A stretch of DNA of 64,000 nucleotides from Eledone cirrhosa (taxonomy: Eukaryota), in assembly GCA_964016885.1 (NCBI GenBank), contig OZ024744.1, positions 88,102,001 to 88,166,000 on the forward strand. Reading direction: 5' to 3'. Shown here piece by piece: positions 53,062-64,000 of the stretch. The notes under the pieces were generated by a model, which ran no database searches, was not told where the DNA came from, and saw only the letters and a program-made list of their open reading frames with translations. Made by a program: the position numbers and the translations under genes. Every line of letters begins with the position of its first letter. The stretch's first letter is position 1.

Positions 53062-53275
53062 CAAATACCGGGGTTTGCCCTGCCGCTTCCTCTTCACACA
53101 GGTCGCCGTCGAGACCTCAGACATACTTGGACCCCATGCTGCCAAGCTCCTCCGCAAGATCAGAGCGTCTGAGGCCCGTCTGAATAGGGAGCCCCTTAAT
53201 GTTGGATAGCTATTGCAGTGGGTGTCACTGGCCATCGTCCGGGGTAATGCTTTTTCCGTCTTGTCAGCGGGGCGC
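53062..53275 (+). mobile_element. CRE-clade C-terminal remnant
   Basis: KYRGLPCRFLFTQVAVETSDILGPHA...LLQWVSLAIVRGNAFSVL. Confidence 0.72.
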
Positions 53276-54269
53276 AGCACTTCTGCCTTCTTGCCCTAGG
53301 CCCAAAACCAAATCACCCTCCCCCTCTCTTCTGCGACACCAGAGCTCTTGCCCTCTCCTCCCCCTCCCCCCGTTCTTTTTCTTCTTTCTTTCTCAATTTT
53401 TTCTATATTTCCCTATTCTTTCTTTCCTTTTGTTTTCTTTTTTTTCTTTTTTGTTACTAAATTTTACTTATCAATGCTTTTGCAATGTTTCTATGTCATA
53501 AAGAAACTAAACGGTGTAAAAAAAAAACCTTTGGTAATTGAAACAAGGTCAGAATTTAGATACACGAGGAAATTATTTCTTTACAATGAAAAGTTCGTTT
53601 GATTGTTCGTTTGATTGTTTGAAAGTTAGCAAAATTAGGATGAGATTATGTGAGTTTTATTAACCAACACCCACCGCTGCTTCACCACATCTCATACATT
53701 TTAATGGCCTTAGAAGCATATGTGAAACGGATTGAATTCATCAATGATTTGAAACCGTGTAGAAATCATGTCTTGTTTGCAGATCTTTATTCTATTGACG
53801 TTCAATCTTTAGGACATGGCTTTACATTCTAGTTTTGTTAAGGTGGCCCATTTATAATGCCGAATATCAAATGGTTTCGCCTTAAAACGCATGGAACATG
53901 TAATATGATTCTCGACCAATCGGACGAAAGCATTTTGGTTCGAAGCAGTAATCAATAGCGCTCTCTCTTTTTTTTCCTTTTTTTATGGAAAATACGGTTT
54001 GGCTGCATTGTACGTTATTTTCGTGCAACTATGTTCTGATTTGACATTGGATTAAGACCACGAGTAATCACGTCAGGTGAATGGGTCCAAAACACATAAG
54101 TGACGACTATAATGGCAGTAGGTTTATCTCCAAAGTTACAGTGATGCTGTAGGCAGTTCATTGTAGCTAGCTGCAGGTTTGGCATTAGACACCAGGTTGA
54201 ACGTCTTAAAGTGCATGTCAAATTGCAGCTGTACCTCTGTTGATACTGCAATTCTGTTGTCCGACGGAC

Positions 54270-54960
54270 GGATCCAATTGATTGGCATACCAGGGAAACC
54301 TCTGCGAACCAACTTGGGCCTCATACATAACTGTTCCACGCCTGCATATGATAACACAAGGAGTCCATCGTTTTAATCTAAGATAGTTTCTAACGATAAT
54401 CTTATCTCTCGGCTCAAAGAAACGGGCTCTGGCGCCATGCCGCCAGTTGAACTAGAGTTCCATGCTTTTGTTTCGGCAACTGCTGTCACCAGTTTTGTAG
54501 ATCAGTTAATCCATGGTAGTTCTGATGTTTTTATTTTTTTTGTTTTATTTTTTTGTAACATGTATTCTCATAGCGAACGTCCCTCTTGCACATATGTGTT
54601 TAGTGTTCGTTGTTCCGTTGGCCAGCATAAAATTTTCATTGGTTTGGTTTGATGAGTGCATGCTTGAATGTGTCGACGAAGCGTTCAACCATGCGATTTG
54701 ACAACGGGTTGTAAAATGCTGTAGTGATGTGCTAAATTCGCCTGTCTCACATCAATTTTGAAAGACATATCCAGGAAAGTGAGTTCCATTGTAGATCACG
54801 GTGGTATTCGGGAAGCCAGAGGTGCAGCAGAATTCAAACAGTTTTCTCACTGACTTCTCGTTTGTTTGTTTGTCGTTCGTAATGAACTTCATGTCACTTT
54901 CAGAATGAATCGATGGCAATGGCGCCTTTGAGGGATCCGTGAAGACGAACCGTTCTGCCG
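54270..54960 (-). mobile_element. Gypsy LTR-retrotransposon integrase remnant
   Basis: GFPNTTVIYNGTHF (GxPxxIxSDNGxQF), SNRMVERFVDTFKHAL (SNGxAERxxxTxK) and WTPCVI...YANQL C-terminal module. Confidence 0.72.
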
Positions 54961-55544
54961 TCAAACAAAACATGCAGAGGCAAACATGTCAATATAGAAG
55001 CTAAGTTAGCTACTCAGTCAAACGAGACTAGGTTCCTATCAAGAAATAAGCACCAGCAGACGAGAAGATCGTTCTCGTCGTAACCAGTGATTAACCAGCA
55101 TACAACACATTCATATACAAGTCACGCATTGCCCATTACGACGGAGCAGATTGAAGGACACACGAGACATCACCAGACTCTTCAACGTGTAGACTCCTAC
55201 TGATATCATGGTCAAGAATGGTTGATAATGATCTGAAGCAGTTGTCAATCGCCACCACCTTTCTCTCTCAATGGGTTATGGATACATCATATTCGTTGAT
55301 CACGTCGTCATCACCAAAATACCCGACGGGCTCGATTCCTGCATTAGTTTCACTCTGGACATCCAGATATTACTCGTATATAGAGCCATCGCCCGCGGCG
55401 ATGTTTATTGATCTCTCATAGACGCTGATTTTGAATATTAATGCAAATGATGTCATAACTACGCAAGTGCATTGAGAACAGATTTCAAGTAGTGATGGTC
55501 AACCCTATCGAAATCTTTTGATTGATCCAAATTCATCAGAAGGG

Positions 55545-56135
55545 GGTGGGGGGAGGGGAAAGTCGATTAAATCGACCCCAGTGCGTTCCTGGTACTTCAT
55601 TTTATCGATCCCGTAAGGATGAAAACCAAAGCTAATCGCGGTGTGATTTAAACTGAGAACGTAAAGGGACATAACTCTATGCCACAAAACGCTGTCCGGT
55701 GCTCTGTCGATACTGCGAAAAGGGATAATAATTGTTTCTACTTTTTGGCACAAGGCCAGCAAATATTCCAGTGTATTACTGGTACTTTATTTTATCGACC
55801 CAGTAAGGATGAAAGGTAAAGTTAACCTCAGCGGGATTTGAACTCAGACCATAAAGGACCGTAACTCTTTACTGCATAGCATGGCATCAGACCCTCTACC
55901 GATACTGCCAATTCAATGACTTCAGATTTAGTCACAAGGCCAGAAAATTTATGTAATAGAAAAGTCGATTTAATCGGTACCAGTGCGTTCATGGTACTTT
56001 CTTTTACCGACCTTGTAAGGGTGAAATGGTGAAGCTAATCTCAGCTGGATTTGAACTCAGAACGTAAAGGACCGTATCGCTATGCCTCGAAGCAGGGAGT
56101 CCGACACTACCGTTATTGCCAACCAATCCACCCGA
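55545..56135 (-). mobile_element. Three head-to-tail tRNA-derived SINE copies
   Basis: 55545-55715, 55727-55912 and 55925-56135 each carry the core and a B-box. Confidence 0.85.
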
Positions 56136-56429
56136 TATAATAATAACGACAACAACAACAACAACAACAGCAGCAGCAACAACAACAAAGACAACAACAA
56201 CCACAACAAATTAAACATAAATATACAAAAAAAACTACCCTTCAATTTAATTCGATTCATAGTAATATGATGTTTTTTTTTTCGTTTTTTAATGTCTGTT
56301 CCAATATTTCTATATTGAACGCTAAGGTCTTTAAGTGCACAATGACCAAAATCATACACCGAATAACATGAACAATTATCTTTTGACAACTATTTCTCTG
56401 TCTGTAACTCGCAATTCACAACCGCAGGT

Positions 56430-56520
56430 GTGAGCCTCGCGAATTGAAATGCCTTTTCCAGCGCGTCGCCCTTGCCGTCCACCGGGGACAACGCCTTCTC
56501 CATTCTGTCCGGCGGGGCTG
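56430..56520 (+). mobile_element. Short CRE-like terminal remnant
   Basis: EPRELKCLFQRVALAVHRG/NAFSILSG; CCTTCTCCATTCTGTCCG is shared with 46756-46774. Confidence 0.6.
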
Positions 56521-56742
56521 TGGGGGAGGCCACCAATATGATTGACTGATTTGTCATTTCATCAGTCATCTAACTTGTATATTATTGTTTTCTCAAAATT
56601 CTGCCCCTTTGAAACATAAATTATTATTCCCCTTCATAAGTAGGTAGATATAGTGGCAACTGTATCCCCCATCGATGTCCTCACCATCCTCTTCCTTTTC
56701 CTTCTCCATTTCATCCTGCCCCACATCCTCATCGTTCTCTTC

Positions 56743-56788
<46 letters not shown>

Positions 56789-56831
56789 ACAGTGACTATC
56801 TAACTCTCATTCTCCTTCATTCTCTGTATAC

Positions 56832-57051
56832 CAAGCATCTCAAACTGAGGGTTCCCCGAGGGCCGCATGGGCCACATATATGTTGTCTGAGGGCCACACA
56901 TGACAACTAATTGTGAATATTACAACTAATTTTGTTATATCTTATATTACGAACATAAAACATGCTAGCGCTATAAAAACCTTTATGAGGACCGCAGGTG
57001 TGCTTGTAAAGTGCCGCATGCAGCGCGTGGGCCTCATGTTTGACATGCCTA
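56832..57051. mobile_element. hAT/Charlie-like MITE (~220 bp)
   Basis: Imperfect TIRs CAAGCATCTCAAAC / GTTTGACATGCCTA and repeated GGGCCGC/GGGCCAC subterminal motifs; no clear 8 bp TSD. Confidence 0.6.
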
Positions 57052-57756
57052 TATATTATATATATTATATATATTGACGACGCAGGTCTTGACAAATTAT
57101 GTAATGTATACTAACATTACCTAATTTCTGTACATGGTGGTTCCACTCGGAACACTGCCGGCATATCGGAATTGTAGAATCAGGTGCATCGGTCAGTGTA
57201 ACTCAAATTTCTATAATAATTAAATTTTTGAGTGAAGAAACGACCAAAGCTGTGTCCATTCAATTTGATAAGCTTTCGTTCCATAAGTGACTCTTGTGCT
57301 ATAAGAGGTACCAAACTTTCCCCTGAAGTCACATAAAATTCTATATTTACTTGTAGCCTAATTGCTATTAATTAATGTTTTGACTCTCGTCTCTTACTCC
57401 ACTGGACAGCATTTTGGCTTGTGTCAGACACTGTGACCCCGGGTAGACCAGCAATATCGTTTGTAGGGGTCGAAACTGCCTAGGCTCATCTCAACGGCCG
57501 ATGAACTTGGAGCTTTGTGTCTTTCGTTTGCATTTATAAAAAAGCTTCAAGCACAGGCATTGCTTGACATGTGACAATGTTTGCAAGGCATGGTATTGCT
57601 GGCCATAATCAAGTCCCTAGTAGGACTAAAAACCAATGTCCGAGATACTCATGCTTAAATATCAAAAGATGGCATTACTTGAAATCGAGTTGCAACCATC
57701 ATATATGTATGTATGTATAATTATAAGGGTCTACGACCGCCCTTTGCCTCAGCTAC

Positions 57757-57836
<80 letters not shown>

Positions 57837-57939
57837 ATGTGTGTGTTTGTGATTGTGTGTGTGTGTGTGTATATCTATGTATATATACATATATATATAT
57901 ATATTTACATATATACATATATATATATATAAATATATA

Positions 57940-58195
57940 TAATTGTTTCTACTTTAGGCACAAGGCCAGCAATTACCCAGTGCATTACTGGTACTTTATT
58001 TTATCGACCCCGTAAGGATGAAAGGCAAAGTCAACCTCGGCGGGATTTGAACTCAGATCGTAAAGGGACGTAACTATGCTGGAAAACATGGCGTCCGACC
58101 CTCCACTGATACTGCCAATCCACCGTCCTTATATAAATATATATAATGAGATACACACATATACATGTATATATATATATATATATATTTGTATG

Positions 58196-58226
<31 letters not shown>

Positions 58227-59284
58227 ATGTGTGTATCTCATTATATATATATATATATATAACCAAAGATTTGTATGGTTCGTTGATTACTCAATGAATA
58301 CAATTTTACAATAGATTAGAAGCACTCAACAAAAAAATGTTTCCTGGAGTTTTTAATATTATTAAAAATATTAACAAATGAAAAATATTCTCATAATCAA
58401 AATATATGCTTTATTATATATATTTCAAAGGTACTGTATTGTTTTTTCAGTACGTCCTCATCAGACAAATTATATGATTTGATATATGACATACCGCTAC
58501 GGTATCTAATATAATTTAGCATGCTAGTAAAAATAAAAATAAATTTTTAAATGTACCATTAAGACAAATAATTGTTTCTATTTTAGGCACAAGGCCAGCA
58601 ATTACCCAGTACATTACTGGTACTTTATTTTATCGACTCCGTAAGGATGAAAGGCCAAGTTAATCTCGGCCGGATTTGAACTTAGATCATAAAGGGGCGT
58701 AACTCTATGCTTCAAAGCATGGTGTCCGACTCTCTACCGATACTGCCAATCCACCGCCATTAAGACAAATAATAATATATATAACTACATTGGTGGCACT
58801 TCATCTAAATTTAAGGAACGTTGGTTTAATCATGGGACACTCTTTCAGTAAACCAGATAAGACATTTTCAACTTCACTTTCACAATTATATTAAATACTA
58901 CATGTCTTGGACAAAAATAAAGAATGCTAATTCCTGTCAGAACTCAAGTATTTCGCAAAATTGCAATCTTTGTAACCTTCAGACTCTACAAATAATTACA
59001 AATTATGACAATTTAATCAACAACAAAAATAAATTATTTAGTTTCGAAAAAATATTGACAATTAATTATTTATATATATATATATATATAAATTTTGCCT
59101 TAATGTGATAATAATTGTTTCTACTTTAGGCACAAGACCAGCAATTAACCAGTACATTACTGGTACTTTATTTTATCGACCCCGTAAGGATGAAAGGCAA
59201 AGTTTTTGCCTTTGAACTCAGACTGTAAAGGGACGTAACTATGCTAGAAAACATGGCGTCCAACCCTCTACCGATACTGCCAAT
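57940..59284 (-). mobile_element. Three tRNA-derived SINE copies (57940-58126, 58567-58758, 59109-59284)
   Basis: Family match. Confidence 0.9.
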
Positions 59285-60480
59285 TATGTTTGATATTTAT
59301 ATGTATTAGAATAATTTCATTAAGAGTCTCGTTATCCTATGATTTGATTAGAACAGTTCAATATTTAACTAGACAATAGATGATTTATGGTTTTGAAATA
59401 TCGCTGGATGTGAGAGTAGATATGTTTTAAATGTGTGTTATCTTCATTTTGTTTACATTGTCCGTAAAAGATTATTTTCTTTTTGACTAGCATGCTAAAT
59501 TATATTAGATATGGAATATGTAGATTAATAATATAAGACTATCATTAAAAGGAAACTATATATCAAAATAGGTAAATACAGAAGTAAATATAACCTTTCA
59601 TTAAATTAATGAAATAAAACTTTTGAGAGTAAATATAACTGCAGTTTAATCCTATGAATTAAATGAAAATTAAAGAATAGTAATGATTTTATAAAGAGAA
59701 TATCCTAATTAAATTAAATAATTTGGGTAATAAAATCATGTATTGATTATGATATATGCATGGTATTATATTTTAATACATATTTAATAATTATTTAAAT
59801 ATGCTTTAAAGATTAATTCTTTTAAAGTTGTAACAAAATATTTATAGAATATCTTAATTAAACTAAATATGTGATTGCTATAGAAAGTAATCTATACTGA
59901 TTAATTTTGATATAATATATAAGTATAATTAGCTAAAGCATAATCACATACAATAGATATTCAATTGTTCAGGTGAATTGATTAGATGTCCTATTTGATC
60001 TAACATTTGAAAACAACGGGTTTTTTTCTCTATACCCCTCTATTTGATGTTCCCTTATTTTTCTTTGTTTTTCTTTACCCCCCTTCGTTCTCTTTACTTT
60101 CCCCACACCTTCCCTCTCTTTTGTCGTTATTCCTCTTTTCTTTTTTTATATATCTCTTTTATTCATTCATCCATTTATTTATATTTATGATTTATTTATT
60201 TATGTATGTATTTATTTATTTATTCTTGCCTTTCCTCTTCTTTACACCCTCTCTTACATCTCTAATTTGCTCTCTGTCCTTTTCTTCTTTAAGTTTATCA
60301 TATTATTTGTGGTATATAAACGTTGAGATTTGATGAAATAAATCACTGCCAATACGGGAATTGAATAATCAAGACCGTAGCGGTATGTCATATATCAAAT
60401 CATATATTTTATATAAAGTATATATTTTGATTATGAGAATATATTTCATTTGTTAATATTTTGAATAATATATAAATATA
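58260..60480 (+). mobile_element. Penelope-like element remnant: GIY-YIG C-terminus with inverted terminal-repeat pieces, interrupted by SINEs
   Basis: 58800-59050 reads KFKERWFNH...TSLS...WTKIK...CNLCNLQ, PLE endonuclease-like. 58503-58528 is the reverse complement of 59486-59511. 58306-58505 and 60345-60470 match the 16 kb palindrome. Confidence 0.6.
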
Positions 60481-60488
60481 TAAATATA

Positions 60489-60614
<126 letters not shown>

Positions 60615-61316
60615 CATGTATGCGAGTGTGTGTGGTGTCAACATTAACCAGCGTTGCTCGATGATCAGAAAAGACAAAATAATCAAAATAATTAAATTGA
60701 CTCGATATCAGAGCTATATAAAATAATAGGAAATAGACACAGACATATAACTATTTTTTCTTCAATGTCCCGACAGTTTCACTGGTCCGTATTCAACAAT
60801 TGCACATTATAGATATGCAATATTGTTGTGAGGCACACCAGCTTCTCAAGGAACTCCTCAGTGAAGGAACGTTTCCAGACACGCTTGTAGCAAGTGAGAA
60901 AATCTTTATAGGCGGAGGGAGGAATTAACACGTAATGCATCGGTCAAGAAAGGACAGATTCCCTTGTAGCAAGTGAAAAATATCTCTAAAGGAGGAGGGA
61001 GAAATGAATGCATGATACAGAGGTCACGGTCGGGTATAATTTTATATATATATATATTCAGTGTGGTCTACCTCTGGTGGTAGGGTCCATACCGTAGATA
61101 GAACCATTGTTTCCGAAGAAGATGGTCTGATCGAACCTATATATGAGGTCTAATAGTATGAAGTTATATAACTACTATAGATCAGACAATATGTCAATAT
61201 GAATCGACCCTCCAAAACGATCGTAAAACAATGATATGAGTAGGTAAAGTAACTTGACTTTTTTGTTTTTATTTTCATTGTTAATTTAATACCTAATATA
61301 TACATATCCCCCCCCT

Positions 61317-61381
<65 letters not shown>

Positions 61382-61579
61382 TACATATATATATATTTGG
61401 TTTTCCCGTTGCTTTGGTTCATGTGGCTGGCTCACCGGTCGCAGTCTTCAATTTGTCAAGCTTTCTAACGTATGTTATTACTCTAAGGCACAACCTTATC
61501 GAGTGCTTTGCTGCACTTTCCGGATTGTATATCGATAGCTTGGCCACAGCCAAAACTTCGATTTTACTGAACTTCCATT

Positions 61580-61614
<35 letters not shown>

Positions 61615-61845
61615 AGTATAAAATCTTTTCCTGGGTCCTGTATTTTCGTTGCTCTAGTGATGCGGCTGGACTGCCGACCGCTATATCTGATTTGCTAAGC
61701 TGTCTGAACGTAATGTTATTACTCTGGGGTCTTTCCTCATCTGAGTGCTCAAGCTACAGACCGATTATGCATATACGCTAGCTTGACCGTATTCTAAAGC
61801 TTCGTCAATGCTGTACTAAAATGTATATATAATATATATATATAT

Positions 61846-63420
61846 CGTCACATTGACGACTGCATCGGGGCCACGACCTCACCCGAGAACAGCTCGACTC
61901 CTTTCTCTCTTTCTTTTGCTCCTTCCACCTCTCCAACAACTTCACTACCTCTATCTCCACCACCCACGTCCACTCCTTGGGAATCTGTCGCCATCGAACC
62001 CTCCCACCGCTCCCTCATCACCTCCGCCTTCTTCAAACCCACCGACTCCCACTCCTACCTCGACTTCACCTACTCACACCCTACACATGCCAACCACTCC
62101 ATTCCTTACTTCCAACTTCTCCGGATCCGCCGCCTCTGCAACCGACATGCTGACTTCGAGGCCCAGGCTCTTTCTCTGGTCAGCCAATTCACCCGGAGAG
62201 ATTACCTCCTTCCCGCGGCCGTGCAGTCAACCGCTCCACCCACCTCACACCGCGCCCCCGCGCCCCACCCACCAACTCACCGCCCCTCTCACCTACCACC
62301 CCATCACTATTAATACTAACCCCCCCCCAACTCACCTGCCCACTCACAACGCACAGACGAACACACACCACCATATATACACACACCCACACCTACGTAC
62401 ACACCGATACACAACCTACTCCACACTCACACTACCACCACTAACCCCTACCCACACACCCGTATTCGACTACCTGCCATTAACAATTCTAACACCCACC
62501 CTTCTACACACACACGCACTCACCCAAACACGCACACACATACCAGTATATTACACTCACTCATACAGTACCCAGCACCATCTCTCTAACCCCCGTACCC
62601 CCCCCCCCCACACACACATCTACTACTAACACATCCACTAATATACATACATCCCCCCTACACACACCGCCACCCTCTCCCTCAACTTTTCACACTGATC
62701 CACCTCTTCTCCGGTCCGCCGCACCTCCGCGCACACATACACACATTCTACACACATATACAGGCCAGACCTGCCAACTACCACTCGCTTGAGTCTTCCT
62801 TACCCTCTTGACTGCTATCTCCTCTCTCTCCCTCGCATCCTTCTCCACCCCCTGCCTTGACCTTCATGACCACTTCCTGTTGCGCGCACCCCACAACTTT
62901 CTACTACCTCCTCACCAATTCCACGGACCCTACACCGCTGGTCACACTCTCTGGACATCAACCCAATAATACCCGGATTTTCACTATCTGACCACACAGT
63001 CACCGAAAAAATATTCAGGAACACACACAAACACTTACACCATTTTCGCACACACGCAACCATGCATTCCCACGTATCCACACCACACAAACAAACACAC
63101 ACACACACGTTCGTATCCTCACATACACCTATTCTGCCACCGGACTCCACCACCCCCACCCACCTCTGACCACTCTTCATCCACACACACACACACACAC
63201 ACGTACACCTACACACTTATACACACACCACCTTCCGCCCTCCCCGCTCGGAGCCTCAATTTCCTTCTTCCCCTTCCATCCACCCACCACCATCTCTACA
63301 CACCTCACACCTTTTCACCACTTGTTTTCATTAAAAAAATTTTTCCTTCATTTTAATTTTTTTCCCTTTATTTTAATGTCTCCTCCCTCCCGTCACACCC
63401 TCTCGGAACTCTTTTCCGAT
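61846..63420 (+). mobile_element. Penelope-like (Neptune/Poseidon-type) RT remnant with C/A-rich decayed tail
   Basis: RHIDDCIG (YxDD-type motif), FFKPTDSHSYLDFTYSHPTHANHSIPYFQLLRIRRLC (PLE thumb signature) and PLTYHP. Confidence 0.85.
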
Positions 63421-63436
63421 CTGATCATCTACGTTA

Positions 63437-63720
63437 GAGTTAACCTTGGCGGGATTTGAACTCGAACCGCAAAGGGACGTAACTATGCTGCAAAGCATGA
63501 CGTCTTACTCTCTACTGATACTGCCAAATAATTGTTTCTACTTTTGTTACAAGGCCAGCAATTATCCCAGCGCATTACTGGTACTTTATTTTATCGACCC
63601 CCATAAGAATGAAAGGCAAAGTTAACCTCGGCTGGATTTGAACTCAGAATAGCAAGGGCGGTAACTCTATGCTGCAAAGCATGGTAACCGACCCCCTACC
63701 GATACTGCCAATCCACCGCC
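63437..63720 (-). mobile_element. Two tandem tRNA-derived SINE copies (first partial)
   Basis: Family match. Confidence 0.88.
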
Positions 63721-64000
63721 GATACAGCCAAATAATACAAAGTCTTGAGGTAGGTAAAATATATTCCATAACTCAAAATATGATGCGCGGCTGTAATCAT
63801 TCATGCTGCAAAGCTTTTGACTTTGCTTTTGTTCAGGTTACCGCAAAGAGATGTTACTGCTAAACAATCAGCAAATAGGACTAAGGCTTCAAGTGGTCCT
63901 TGTTAGATTAGCATCCGTTGAAATATCGCCGATGTGTATAATCTCTGAATGTCCAGTCGACATGGTTGCCGATTATCTCCATCTCTCTCTCTCTCTCTCT

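Noticed and set aside
57130-57700. Unique-looking, moderately GC-balanced stretch
   Set aside because: No ORF, repeat match or structure that I could recognise.
61853-62629. 258 aa Pro/Thr/His-rich ORF
   Set aside because: Off-frame reading of a C-rich Penelope RT remnant; the meaningful motifs are in another frame.

Overview
Eukaryotic, AT-rich, repeat-saturated intergenic or intronic DNA. The microsatellite load and SINE families resemble octopus/cephalopod genomes (inference). No host protein-coding gene is supported. The first 15.7 kb is a head-to-tail array of five Tx1-like (L1 clade) non-LTR retrotransposons from several distinct families. All lie on the minus strand, separated by (GATA)n tracts, and one is apparently intact (ORF1 with a CCHC knuckle; ORF2 APE-RT-CCHC, 8449-13689). 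A second GATA-embedded mini-cluster lies at 44.4-45.9 kb, and further decayed Tx1-like copies at 25-27.7 kb and 33.8-36.7 kb. The rest holds about 20 tRNA-derived SINE copies, RTE/BovB, CRE-like, R4-like, CR1-like, Gypsy and Penelope-like remnants, MITEs, fold-back palindromes with hammerhead-like motifs, a ~1.5 kb tandem duplication and long simple repeats. The most notable signals are apparent strand-specific (GATA)n targeting by Tx1-like families, a covarying three-hairpin 3' UTR shared across those families, and a conserved AG|GTAAGT at the ORF1 stop with ORF2 in frame.
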